IMG/VR virus record: IMGVR_UViG_3300005077_000056
Coordinates: 1 to 37,036 of that record
DNA from: a virus
Lineage: Duplodnaviria; Caudoviricetes
Reading direction: 5' to 3' (one strand)
DNA length: 37,036 nt
Position 1 is the first letter of the stretch, and every line of letters begins with the position of its first letter. This document shows, piece after piece, positions 7,411 to 15,937 of the stretch. The translations under genes and the position numbers were made by a program. The notes under the pieces are model-generated. The model saw only the letters and a program-made list of their open reading frames with translations. It was not told the origin of the DNA and did not search any database.

Positions 7411-8019
7411 GTGGACAGAAGATGCAAAATCGATTGGGCCTGGGTGAAGCCTCTGTTCCGCGCCGGCTACAGCCTGCGCATGATCAGGGCAAAGTACGCC
7501 GAGGCTCACCACGGCATCCCCGTCTCGATCGAAGCCATCCGCTCGCACGCCAAGAAGGAGGGCTGGAAAAAAGACCTCACCAAAGACATCGGTGCGGCGG
7601 TCGATCGGAAGCTGGCCGAGGCCTCGATAACGGACAAAACGGACGATGCGGCCGCGGCCCCTGCGACCGACGCCGAGTTCGTCGACGCGGCCGCCAAGCT
7701 GGCCACGGGCGTGGTTCTGACCCACCGCAGCGACGGCCTGCAGCTGCGCAACCTGGTCAAAGCCCTGGCCACCGAGCTGGCCCTCAAGGACAAGGAGCCC
7801 AGGGTGGTCGGAAGGGGTCAGACCCAGCAGGTCGTGATGGTCCGGTCCCCTCTCAAGGACCGGGCCCAGGCCGTCAAAAATCTCGCCTACGCCCTGAATT
7901 GCGCGGTCACGATCGAGCGCAAAAGCTACAACCTGGATCGGGCAGAGGGTGGTCTCGACGGCGTGTTCCTGATCCGATCGAACATCCCCGAGCCGGATCC
8001 CCTGCCGGAAGACATCTGA
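7411..8019 (+). CDS. terS: Terminase small subunit (HTH N-terminus)
   Basis: IDW...FRAGYSLRMI...AIRSHAKKEGWKKDL HTH-type N-terminus; position upstream of TerL. Confidence 0.7.
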   Translation: MDRRCKIDWAWVKPLFRAGYSLRMIRAKYAEAHHGIPVSIEAIRSHAKKEGWKKDLTKDIGAAVDRKLAEASITDKTDDAAAAPATDAEFVDAAAKLATGVVLTHRSDGLQLRNLVKALATELALKDKEPRVVGRGQTQQVVMVRSPLKDRAQAVKNLAYALNCAVTIERKSYNLDRAEGGLDGVFLIRSNIPEPDPLPEDI

Positions 8020-8029
8020 AGGAGGAACC

Positions 8030-8332
8030 ATGGACCTATCTGTAAAGACCCTTGCCGGAAACTGCGAACAGCTCAAGGCGCTGGTCAGCCCTGGGCAGAT
8101 CTTCGCCGACGCAACCGATCCGATCTCCGAGATGCGGGCAATAGTCACCCTCGGGGTCAGGGGAATCAACGTAAATGTCTTCGTTGATTCAGATTTCGCT
8201 CACCCCATGCAATGGATGGTGAGCTATCGGGACCTGGCGGCCGCCGCCCTTCGGGAAGCTGCCCAGCCAAAAACGCCCGAGCCGGTGAAGCCTGAACCCA
8301 AGCCGGCGAAGCCCAAGAAGAAAAAGGGATGA
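8030..8332 (+). CDS. Hypothetical protein between terminase genes
   Basis: AAGGAGG SD; ATGA overlap with terL; Pro/Lys-rich C-terminus. Confidence 0.7.
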   Translation: MDLSVKTLAGNCEQLKALVSPGQIFADATDPISEMRAIVTLGVRGINVNVFVDSDFAHPMQWMVSYRDLAAAALREAAQPKTPEPVKPEPKPAKPKKKKG

Positions 8333-9903
8333 TCGTACAATCTTCGGCCGGCGAAGAGATCGTCGTCGACTACGATCCGCAGCCGAAGCAAGTGCTGCTG
8401 CACAGGTCGCCGGCCAACGACATCCTGTTCGGCGGGGCGGCCGGCCCCGGAAAAAGCAGGGCCCTGCGGATGGAGGGGCTGATCTGGTGCCTGCGCGTCC
8501 CGCAGCTGCAGGTCTACCTGTTTCGCCGGACCTACCCCGAGCTGGAAGAGAACCACATCATCAACTCGCTGCGCGAATTCCCCCAGCAGGCCGGCAGCTA
8601 CAACGATCAGAAAAAGCGCTGGCAGTTCCACAATGGGTCGATCCTGTATTTCCGGCATTGCCACCACGAAAAGAACGTGTTCGCCTACCAGGGCGCCGAG
8701 ATCCACCTGCTGCTGATCGACGAGACCACCACCTTCACCCAGTTCATCATCGACTACCTTTACGGACGCGTCCGGTGCCCGCTGGACATCCCGGACAAGT
8801 ACCGGCACAAGATCCCAGGCGCGATCAACGCCAGCAACCCCGGCAACGTGGGGCACGAGTACGTCAAGCAACGCTGGGTCAAGTACGCGAAAGCCTACGA
8901 GCTGCGCCGGGCGCCGCTGGACAAGGACAACCCCGAGGCCCCGCCGTTCGTGCGGCAGTACATCCCCGGCCTGCTGGAAGACAACCCGCACCTGATGCGC
9001 ACCGATCCGGGCTACGTCACCCGGCTAAACGCCCTGCCCGAGCCCTACCGCACAGCCTACAAGACCGGCAACTGGGACATTTTCATGGGGCAGGTCTTCC
9101 TGTTTTCCGAGCGCCACCATGTGATCAAGCCGTGCCCGATCCCGGAGGGGGCGCCGCTTTACATGACGTTCGATTGGGGGTTCGGCAAGCCCTATTCGGT
9201 CGGCTTTTGGTTCGTGGACTCCGACAACCGGCTCTACCGATTCAGCGAGATCTACGGGCAGATGCGCGGGGCCGAAGTGGACACCGGCGTCCGGCAGACC
9301 GACGAGGTGATCGCGGACAAGATCATCGAGCGCGAAACGGAGCTGGGCCTGCGGGACGCCGACGGCCGGCTGAAGAGAGGCATCGCCATCGAGCGCCTCT
9401 GCGATCCGACCTGCTTCAACAAAAAGCCCGATTACAAAGGCGGCGGGCAGGGGCCCTCCACCGCGGAGGTCTTCGCGGCCAAAGGCCTTGACATGACGCC
9501 CGGAGATGCCAGCCGGTTGCTCAAAATAAGGCAGTTCCACGAGCGGCTGCGCATCAAGGTCGACCCGGACGGCCACGAGCGGATGCCGATGATGGTCGTG
9601 TTCGATACCTGTGTGGACTTCATCCGCACCATCCCGTTGCTGCAGGCCGACCCCAACCGGCCCGAGGACGTCGACACCAAGCTCGAAGACCATTGCTACG
9701 ACGAGGCGGCCCTGGTATGCATGGCTCGGCCGATCTCCTTGGATCCAAGGCAGGTGGCCGAGGACATCCGGATAGAAGCGGAGCGCCAGCGCCGGCTCGA
9801 TCTGGACGAGTCCTCGCAGGCCGCCTGGTCGGAGGTCGACGCGATCCGGGCAAAGCTCGACCAGGTCGCCGGTTTGCTGGAGGAGGATTGGGAAAAGATC
9901 TGA
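8329..9903 (+). CDS. terL: Terminase large subunit
   Basis: Walker A GGAAGPGKS, Walker B LLLIDE, ASNPG coupling motif, nuclease FDWG and EDHCYDE. Confidence 0.95.
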   Translation: MIVQSSAGEEIVVDYDPQPKQVLLHRSPANDILFGGAAGPGKSRALRMEGLIWCLRVPQLQVYLFRRTYPELEENHIINSLREFPQQAGSYNDQKKRWQFHNGSILYFRHCHHEKNVFAYQGAEIHLLLIDETTTFTQFIIDYLYGRVRCPLDIPDKYRHKIPGAINASNPGNVGHEYVKQRWVKYAKAYELRRAPLDKDNPEAPPFVRQYIPGLLEDNPHLMRTDPGYVTRLNALPEPYRTAYKTGNWDIFMGQVFLFSERHHVIKPCPIPEGAPLYMTFDWGFGKPYSVGFWFVDSDNRLYRFSEIYGQMRGAEVDTGVRQTDEVIADKIIERETELGLRDADGRLKRGIAIERLCDPTCFNKKPDYKGGGQGPSTAEVFAAKGLDMTPGDASRLLKIRQFHERLRIKVDPDGHERMPMMVVFDTCVDFIRTIPLLQADPNRPEDVDTKLEDHCYDEAALVCMARPISLDPRQVAEDIRIEAERQRRLDLDESSQAAWSEVDAIRAKLDQVAGLLEEDWEKI

Positions 9904-9936
9904 AAGGATCACTTGACATTTGGAGGGAGGTCGAAA

Positions 9937-10191
9937 ATGCAACTTGACAACCTGGCATCATACGGTGTATTGCTTTTCGTGATCGTTTTCATCGCCGGCC
10001 TTTGGATATGGGACAAGGTCCGGTTCGATCGTCGAGAGAGAGACTTCCTAAACCGATTCATGGCACGCAATTTCCTGGAGTACACCTCCGGGTCCAGCCG
10101 GATGGCGCCGAAGCCCACGGTGCAGCAGGGCATCGACCGCATCCTGGAGGAGATCCAGGAGGACCAGGAGGCCGCCGTCCGGATCAGATAG
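9937..10191 (+). CDS. Small single-TM protein
   Basis: GGAGG 9926-9930, ATG 9937; TM YGVLLFVIVFIAGLWIW. Confidence 0.7.
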   Translation: MQLDNLASYGVLLFVIVFIAGLWIWDKVRFDRRERDFLNRFMARNFLEYTSGSSRMAPKPTVQQGIDRILEEIQEDQEAAVRIR

Positions 10192-10199
10192 GAGGTCAC

Positions 10200-10376
10200 A
10201 TGCCCGCCAAGGTAAGACCGACCGGCAAGGGAACCTACCGGGTCACCACCCCTGGTGGCGTCAAATCCAAGGGCACCACCCTGCGCAAGGCCAAGGCCCA
10301 GCAACGCCTGCTGAACGCCATTGAACACAACCCCGATTTCACGCCCCGCGGGAAACGCAAGCGCAGGAGGATGTGA
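10200..10376 (+). CDS. Small highly basic protein (possible core/DNA-binding)
   Basis: GGAGG 10191-10195, ATG 10200; MPAKVRPTGKGTYRVTTPGG...AKAQQRLLNAIEH; stop overlaps portal start. Confidence 0.7.
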   Translation: MPAKVRPTGKGTYRVTTPGGVKSKGTTLRKAKAQQRLLNAIEHNPDFTPRGKRKRRRM

Positions 10377-12577
10377 TGGCGAAGCACACCGACGAGCAAC
10401 TGGTGAGGATCGCCGACAACCTGTTCGACCGCTTGAAGGATCCGACCATCAACCTGCGGGAACGGACCTGGTATCGCAACATCCTCTACTACATCGGCGA
10501 GCAATGGATCGAGTGGCTGATAGCCACCGGCACCTTTCGACGCATCAAGCCCTCCGAGTTCGCCCCCACCCCGGTCACCAACATCATCCGCGACCACATC
10601 CGATCGATGAAGGCGCTGATCCTGAACAAGGACTTCGCGGTCAAGGTCTGGCCGAATTCGATGGACCAGGAGGACAAGGACGCGGCGAAGATCGGCGAGT
10701 TCCTGCTGCAGCACATGGACTCGGAGAACGACGAGGAGTTCATCGACGAGACCGAAAAGGTGACCATCTGGATGCTGCTGTGCGGGATCGGGCTGATGCG
10801 GGTGGTGCCCGTGGTGGCCGACAAGGATTGGGGCCTGGACCCCAAGACCGGCGAGCCGTTGAGCAAGAGCCAGGTGCTGTCCATGGCCTGGTCTCCCTTC
10901 AACTATGCCGTCAGCCCGTACGGGGACAGCCAGAAAAGCAAGCCCTACATCGGCATCAAAAGCCTGCGGCGCAAGGAGTGGATCGAGGACACCTTCCGGA
11001 TCAAGGTCCGGGCCGAGCAGACCCACGAGCCCATCATCAACTACGAGCGCAAGCTGGCCAAGCTGGTGTCGGCCGTCTCGCCCTGGAAGGGGCGCGACCT
11101 GGAAAACATGAACGAGTACGAGTTCGACACCGAGGAGCTGTGCATCCTGCGCGAGCTGGAGTTCCGGCCCACCAAGGACATGCCCTCCGGCCGGTATGTG
11201 GGCCTGGTCGGAGACCAGAAGGTCTTCGACTATCCCCGCCTGCCGATCCCGGTGCAGAACGAGGACCGGGTCAAGTGGGATTATTCCGTCACCGATTACA
11301 AGGGGCACTATGTGCCCGGACGGTACTGGCCGGACACCTCGATCGACGATCTGATCTCCCCGCAGAACAGCCTGAACGAAATCGACCAGGACCTCAACAT
11401 GAACCGCAAGAGCCTGGCCCGACCGATCGTGGTGCTCTCCAGCGACGCCAACGTCAAGCGGGTCACCAACTGGGGCCAGCACCTGCTGGTGATCAAGTAC
11501 GACCCTTACACCTCGGCCGGCGTCCGGCCCGTGATCCAGCCGGGCGTTCCCTACCCGCAGCAGGTCCTGGAGGAAAGGGCAATTCACCGCGGCGCAGCCC
11601 AAGACGCCGCCGGAGATCCCAAGAACGTGCTGCGCGGCTCCGCTCCGACCAGCTCGGCCTCCGGCATCATGGTCGACATCCTTCGCGACGCAGCGGAACA
11701 GGGTCATTTTCCCGACATCCTCCGGTTTTACCGATCCCACAAGCGCACCTACCGAAAACGACTGCTGCTGGCCCAGGAGCTTTACACCGACGAGCGAATG
11801 CTGAAGATCTCCGGCCGCGGTCACGGGGTGGAGGTCCGGTCGTTCACCGCCGCGGATCTCAAGGACAACACCGACGTCCGGCTCGAGCTGTCCTCGGGGG
11901 TCGCCTCCACCAGGGTGGGGCAAACGCAGATGATGCTGCAGATGACCCAGGCCGGATTTTTCAACCTGGACACGCCGATCGACCCCGAGTTCCGCGACGA
12001 GCTGCTCAAGCGCATGGGGCTGTCCGGGTTCAAGGACAAGCTGAACACCGACGTCGAGCGGGCGCGGGAGGAGAACCAGCGCCTGGCGATGACCGACGAG
12101 GACGGCATGACCCTGGCCGAGTACGAAGACGGCAACGGCAACCCGGTGGAGACCCGCGTGATCGAGAACCTGTTCATCAGCATGGCCCTGCCGACCCCGA
12201 TGGACCCGACCACCGGGCAGCCGATGATCGACCCCGCCACCGGCCAGCCGCTGCAGGCCGAGCCCATCGTGATCAGCGACGACCCGCTGTTCGGGTTCGA
12301 CAATCACGCGGTCCACTACGAGGTCCACCGCAAGTTCATTTTGAGCAGCGAGTTCAAGGCCCTGCCCCAGGAGGTGCAGGAGGTGGGCATCGCGCACACC
12401 CTGGAGCACAAAAAGATGATGGAGATCGAGATCTTCGCGGCGCAGCAGAACGCAGCCATGGCGGCCGCCGGGGCCCAGCCGTCGCAGCCACCCCTGGCGG
12501 GGGTCGAGCTGCCGGCCGACACGGGTCCGGGGTCCGGGGCCGGGTCTCCGAACATGGTGCAGGGTCAGTACCAATAA
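10376..12577 (+). CDS. Portal protein (podovirus-type)
   Basis: About 733 aa after terL; YYIGEQW, TNIIR, DLISPQNSLNE and SASGIMV...EQ portal-like segments; GGAGG SD. Confidence 0.88.
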   Translation: MAKHTDEQLVRIADNLFDRLKDPTINLRERTWYRNILYYIGEQWIEWLIATGTFRRIKPSEFAPTPVTNIIRDHIRSMKALILNKDFAVKVWPNSMDQEDKDAAKIGEFLLQHMDSENDEEFIDETEKVTIWMLLCGIGLMRVVPVVADKDWGLDPKTGEPLSKSQVLSMAWSPFNYAVSPYGDSQKSKPYIGIKSLRRKEWIEDTFRIKVRAEQTHEPIINYERKLAKLVSAVSPWKGRDLENMNEYEFDTEELCILRELEFRPTKDMPSGRYVGLVGDQKVFDYPRLPIPVQNEDRVKWDYSVTDYKGHYVPGRYWPDTSIDDLISPQNSLNEIDQDLNMNRKSLARPIVVLSSDANVKRVTNWGQHLLVIKYDPYTSAGVRPVIQPGVPYPQQVLEERAIHRGAAQDAAGDPKNVLRGSAPTSSASGIMVDILRDAAEQGHFPDILRFYRSHKRTYRKRLLLAQELYTDERMLKISGRGHGVEVRSFTAADLKDNTDVRLELSSGVASTRVGQTQMMLQMTQAGFFNLDTPIDPEFRDELLKRMGLSGFKDKLNTDVERAREENQRLAMTDEDGMTLAEYEDGNGNPVETRVIENLFISMALPTPMDPTTGQPMIDPATGQPLQAEPIVISDDPLFGFDNHAVHYEVHRKFILSSEFKALPQEVQEVGIAHTLEHKKMMEIEIFAAQQNAAMAAAGAQPSQPPLAGVELPADTGPGSGAGSPNMVQGQYQ

Positions 12578-12581
12578 CCGC

Positions 12582-12611
12582 TTGACAAAAGCTCAACCAT
12601 CACATTAGCAT
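12582..12611 (+). promoter_or_regulatory. Putative promoter for head genes
   Basis: TTGACA (12582-12587), 18 nt spacer, TAGCAT (12606-12611); intergenic. Confidence 0.45.
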
Positions 12612-12621
12612 GGAGGCTGTC

Positions 12622-12966
12622 ATGGCGATGAACCTTGTGGACATGGCAAGACCGAAAACGATGCGGGACCTCGCGGTCGCGACGGATCCTCCCAATTACC
12701 ACGAGCCGCGATACCCGTACGGGCTCAAGCTCGACCTGTGCGAGGAGGAGCTGAAAAAGCTGGGCCTGGACGCCGACGACTTCATTCTGGACGAGGACGT
12801 CATGGTCTACGCCAAAGCCAAGATCTGCCGGACCAGCAAGAGCGAGTATCAATGCGAGGACGGCGAGATTAAATCCAATCAAACCGTGGAATTGCAGGTG
12901 ACCCACCTGCAGCTGATACCCGCGGCCGCCGGAAGCCTGCGGGAGCTGTTCAAGATGGTGAAGTAG
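12622..12966 (+). CDS. Capsid staple/cement protein (epsilon15 gp10-like)
   Basis: YPYGLKLDL.EEELKKLGL...AKIC..S...VELQVTHL resembles the epsilon15 gp10 YPWGLRITL...VELQITD pattern as recalled; GGAGG SD. Confidence 0.75.
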   Translation: MAMNLVDMARPKTMRDLAVATDPPNYHEPRYPYGLKLDLCEEELKKLGLDADDFILDEDVMVYAKAKICRTSKSEYQCEDGEIKSNQTVELQVTHLQLIPAAAGSLRELFKMVK

Positions 12967-13032
12967 CAAACACAATGATGCCCGTCCGCGCCGGCGATCC
13001 AGCCGTCGCAGCCGAGGCCCGAGGAGGTCAAA

Positions 13033-13857
13033 ATGAACGATGTGATCGACAAGACCCAACAGAACGTCGAGAAGCCGGCAGCCGGCGACAAGCCGCCTGC
13101 TTCCGGCAAAGAGATCGACGCCGGGTCGCCGAAGTCCGGAAAGGCAGAGGCAGCGCAGCAGATCATCGACGGGATCCTCTCCAAGCACGAGTTGCAGTCG
13201 CCGGAGGACCTCGGGAAATTCCTCGATGACCTGGTCGGGCTGAAGAGCAAGGTCGGAGATCACGACATCGACGAGCTGCTCGAAAGCCGCGACACCCTGA
13301 TCCAGTACCACACCCAATGGGCTGCGCAGGAGGAAAAGCGCAAGAGGGAGGCCGAGACGCCGGAGGAAACGGTCGAGCGGCTTTCCAAGGAGCTGAAAAA
13401 GAGAGACGACCTCGCCGCCAGGCAGAAGGCAGCCGAGCGAGAGGCCAGGGAGAACGACAAGCTGCTGTCCCAGTTCAACACCTTCGTGTCCCGCGAGGTC
13501 AAGGGGTTGGACGACCTGGGCCAGCACCTCAAGCCCTGGCTGATCAAGTACCTGGGGGTCAACAATCCGATCCACGACCACGATCTGTCCGACCGGGAAG
13601 GCATCAAGAAGCTGGTGCTGGACGCGGCGAAGGAGATGGCCGAGATGGAAAAGGCGATCCTCAAAAAGCACGGCATCGCCGTCGACGGGGCCCCGGCCGC
13701 CAGAAAGCCGGAAGCCTCGGGAACGCCGAAGGTGGCGACGGACGGCGAGTCGGTCAGCGACGCCTTGGCGGCAGCCTCTCCACAGATCAAGAACCTCAAA
13801 CAAGCCAGGAGGAGCGCAGCCGACTTCCTGCGCAGCCGCTTGCAGGGCGGCAGGTGA
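13033..13857 (+). CDS. Capsid scaffolding protein
   Basis: Charged, helical protein immediately upstream of the capsid gene; GAGGAGG SD. Confidence 0.75.
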   Translation: MNDVIDKTQQNVEKPAAGDKPPASGKEIDAGSPKSGKAEAAQQIIDGILSKHELQSPEDLGKFLDDLVGLKSKVGDHDIDELLESRDTLIQYHTQWAAQEEKRKREAETPEETVERLSKELKKRDDLAARQKAAEREARENDKLLSQFNTFVSREVKGLDDLGQHLKPWLIKYLGVNNPIHDHDLSDREGIKKLVLDAAKEMAEMEKAILKKHGIAVDGAPAARKPEASGTPKVATDGESVSDALAAASPQIKNLKQARRSAADFLRSRLQGGR

Positions 13858-13888
13858 GGCGCGACTCCATCCAACATAAGGAGCAGCC

Positions 13889-15202
13889 ATGCCGGACTAT
13901 CATGACCTAACCGCCATTGCCGACACCCTGAAGATCGTCTACGGGGAGGGAATTGCGAACCAATTCCCGGACGAGCAGATCACCTACAACCAGTTCCCCG
14001 TCTCCGACCGCAAGCCGAAGGGTCTCGGCTATCAGTTCTCCATCCGCTACGCCCGCGCCCAGGGCGTCGGCGCCAGGAAGGAATCAGCCATCCTGCCCGA
14101 GCCCCTGGCCGGCAAGTACGACAAATCGACCATTTTGCCGAGATACGCCTACGGGTCCCTGCGGATGACGGGCCCGGCGATCGAGGCCGCCAAGGGGGAC
14201 ATCGCAGCGTTCGTGGACGGGCTGGCCGACTCGGTCGACGACATCTACGAATCCCTGGTCAACGACCTCAACCGGATGAGCTGGGGCGACGGCTTCGGCC
14301 TGATCGCGACGATGAGCGCCGCGGTGACACCCAGCACGACCACCCCCTGGACCGTCACCTGCGACAACGACCTGGGCGTCATGCGGGCGGTGGAAGGAAT
14401 GATCATCGACTTCTACGCCGCCGCCGGCGCGATCGACCAGAACGTGGTTTCACAGCGGATCGTCTCTGTGGACCCGATCGCCAAGACCATCACCTTCGAG
14501 ACGCTGACCACCGACTACCAGGCCCAGCACCCGATCGTGGCCGCGAGAACCTACACCATCGCCGCAGCCGCGATCCCGACCCTCTCGCAGATCGTCCGCT
14601 ACGGCGCTCGGGAGGCGGCCCACGCCACAACCAACACGCCCATCGAAATCACGGGCCTCGACGGCATTTACGACGACGGCACCCTGCTGGCCACCTTCCA
14701 GGGCATCCTGGTCGCCAGCTACCCGAAGTGGCAAGCGAACATCCTGGCCAACTCGGGCGTCGACCGCGAGCTGTCCATCGACCTGCTGCTGCAGGGAGTG
14801 GACGTCATGCGCACCGCCGCCAAGAAAAAGCCCGGCATGATGAGGATGGGCCTGGGCCAGCGCCGCAAGTACGCCAACCTGCTCCTGCCCGATGTGCGCT
14901 TCGCGCCCGCGGAGCTGATGGGCGGCTACGAGGTGCTGACCTTCTCGGCCGGGGACGGGTCGATCAAGATGCTCATCGATCCGATGTGTACCCCCGGCAA
15001 CATCTACCTCGAGCCCGACGGCACCATCATGAAGTACGAGATGATGCCGATCGGCTGGGGCAACCTCGACCAGCAGATCCACCAGCGGGCGGGTTACGAC
15101 GAGTGGGACCAGTTCCTGCGGATCTACACCAACCTGGGGTGCGAGCAACGCAACAGCCTGGTCAAGATCACCGACCTGGTCGAGCCTTCACTCTACACCT
15201 GA
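13889..15202 (+). CDS. Major capsid protein
   Basis: 437 aa after scaffold; TAAGGAG SD; strongly biased codons; LKIVY, ARKE..ILP, DLNRMSWGDGFG, EITGL, NLGCEQRN segments fit an HK97-fold capsid. Confidence 0.88.
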   Translation: MPDYHDLTAIADTLKIVYGEGIANQFPDEQITYNQFPVSDRKPKGLGYQFSIRYARAQGVGARKESAILPEPLAGKYDKSTILPRYAYGSLRMTGPAIEAAKGDIAAFVDGLADSVDDIYESLVNDLNRMSWGDGFGLIATMSAAVTPSTTTPWTVTCDNDLGVMRAVEGMIIDFYAAAGAIDQNVVSQRIVSVDPIAKTITFETLTTDYQAQHPIVAARTYTIAAAAIPTLSQIVRYGAREAAHATTNTPIEITGLDGIYDDGTLLATFQGILVASYPKWQANILANSGVDRELSIDLLLQGVDVMRTAAKKKPGMMRMGLGQRRKYANLLLPDVRFAPAELMGGYEVLTFSAGDGSIKMLIDPMCTPGNIYLEPDGTIMKYEMMPIGWGNLDQQIHQRAGYDEWDQFLRIYTNLGCEQRNSLVKITDLVEPSLYT

Positions 15203-15209
15203 TGACCGT

Positions 15210-15250
15210 GCGCCGGCGGGGCACAGGCTGCGGCCTCCCACCGCCGGCGC
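15210..15250 (+). other. Strong GC-rich hairpin after the capsid gene (no U-tract)
   Basis: GCGCCGGCGG (15210-15219) pairs with CCGCCGGCGC (15241-15250); inner AGGC/GCCT stem. Confidence 0.6.
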
Positions 15251-15313
15251 CTTCCAACCGATCTCCAGTATCCTGCATTTTGCAGGGGATCCACTATGAA
15301 AGGGGAGGTTACC

Positions 15314-15919
15314 ATGATCAAAGACCGAAACATCGCCGGCAAGGTGATCCGGGAGTTCATCCCGGTGCAGGGCATGGCGGGCTGGGACGCCACGCAGGTG
15401 GCATCGCTGGGCGCCGGGGCCCTGATCTACCAGGAGGCCCTGGCGGCCGCGCAGCTGGCCGGGGCGCAGATCGGCGCCGCAGGGGACGAGCTTTACCACC
15501 TGTGGAAGATCCCGTACGCCCTGGACCGGGACTACCCGATCCAGATGCGGATCCTTTTCAGCACCAGCTCGGCCGACGCGGACACCCCGGATTGGCTGGC
15601 CACCATGAAAGGCCTCGCCCTGGGGCAGGCATTGAGCGACTCCAAGACCACCCCGGACGCCACCTTCACCTTCGCGGCCAAGGCCCTGCTGGCGGTCGCC
15701 AACGCCCTGAACGCCACCAACTGGGTCAAGGTGGATGCGCCGATCTTCGCCGCGGGCGACCTGTTCGCCATGGTCGCCGTGGAGTGCAACGGCCTGGGCG
15801 GCGCCGCCGCTAACGAGCTGACGCTGTGGGGCATCGAGGTCGCCTACACCGCCAAGCGCACCACCCTCAACAACGAACGGGAAACCACCGAGCCGGCGCT
15901 GTCCAACACGCTGGCGTGA
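15314..15919 (+). CDS. Probable capsid decoration / minor virion protein
   Basis: Follows MCP; Ala-rich beta-type sequence; GGAGG SD before ATG 15314. Confidence 0.65.
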   Translation: MIKDRNIAGKVIREFIPVQGMAGWDATQVASLGAGALIYQEALAAAQLAGAQIGAAGDELYHLWKIPYALDRDYPIQMRILFSTSSADADTPDWLATMKGLALGQALSDSKTTPDATFTFAAKALLAVANALNATNWVKVDAPIFAAGDLFAMVAVECNGLGGAAANELTLWGIEVAYTAKRTTLNNERETTEPALSNTLA

Positions 15920-15937
15920 TCGACGGCAAGTTTCCGT

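Noticed and set aside
12190-12260. DPTTGQPMIDPATGQP repeat in the portal C-terminal region
   Set aside because: Short low-complexity loop repeats of this kind are common in such portals; not a separate element.
10321-12585. Long alternative-frame + strand ORFs (10321..12585, 8487..9491, 14728..15813, most of 19811..21361)
   Set aside because: Arg/Pro/Gly-rich translations typical of off-frame reading of high-GC3 genes.
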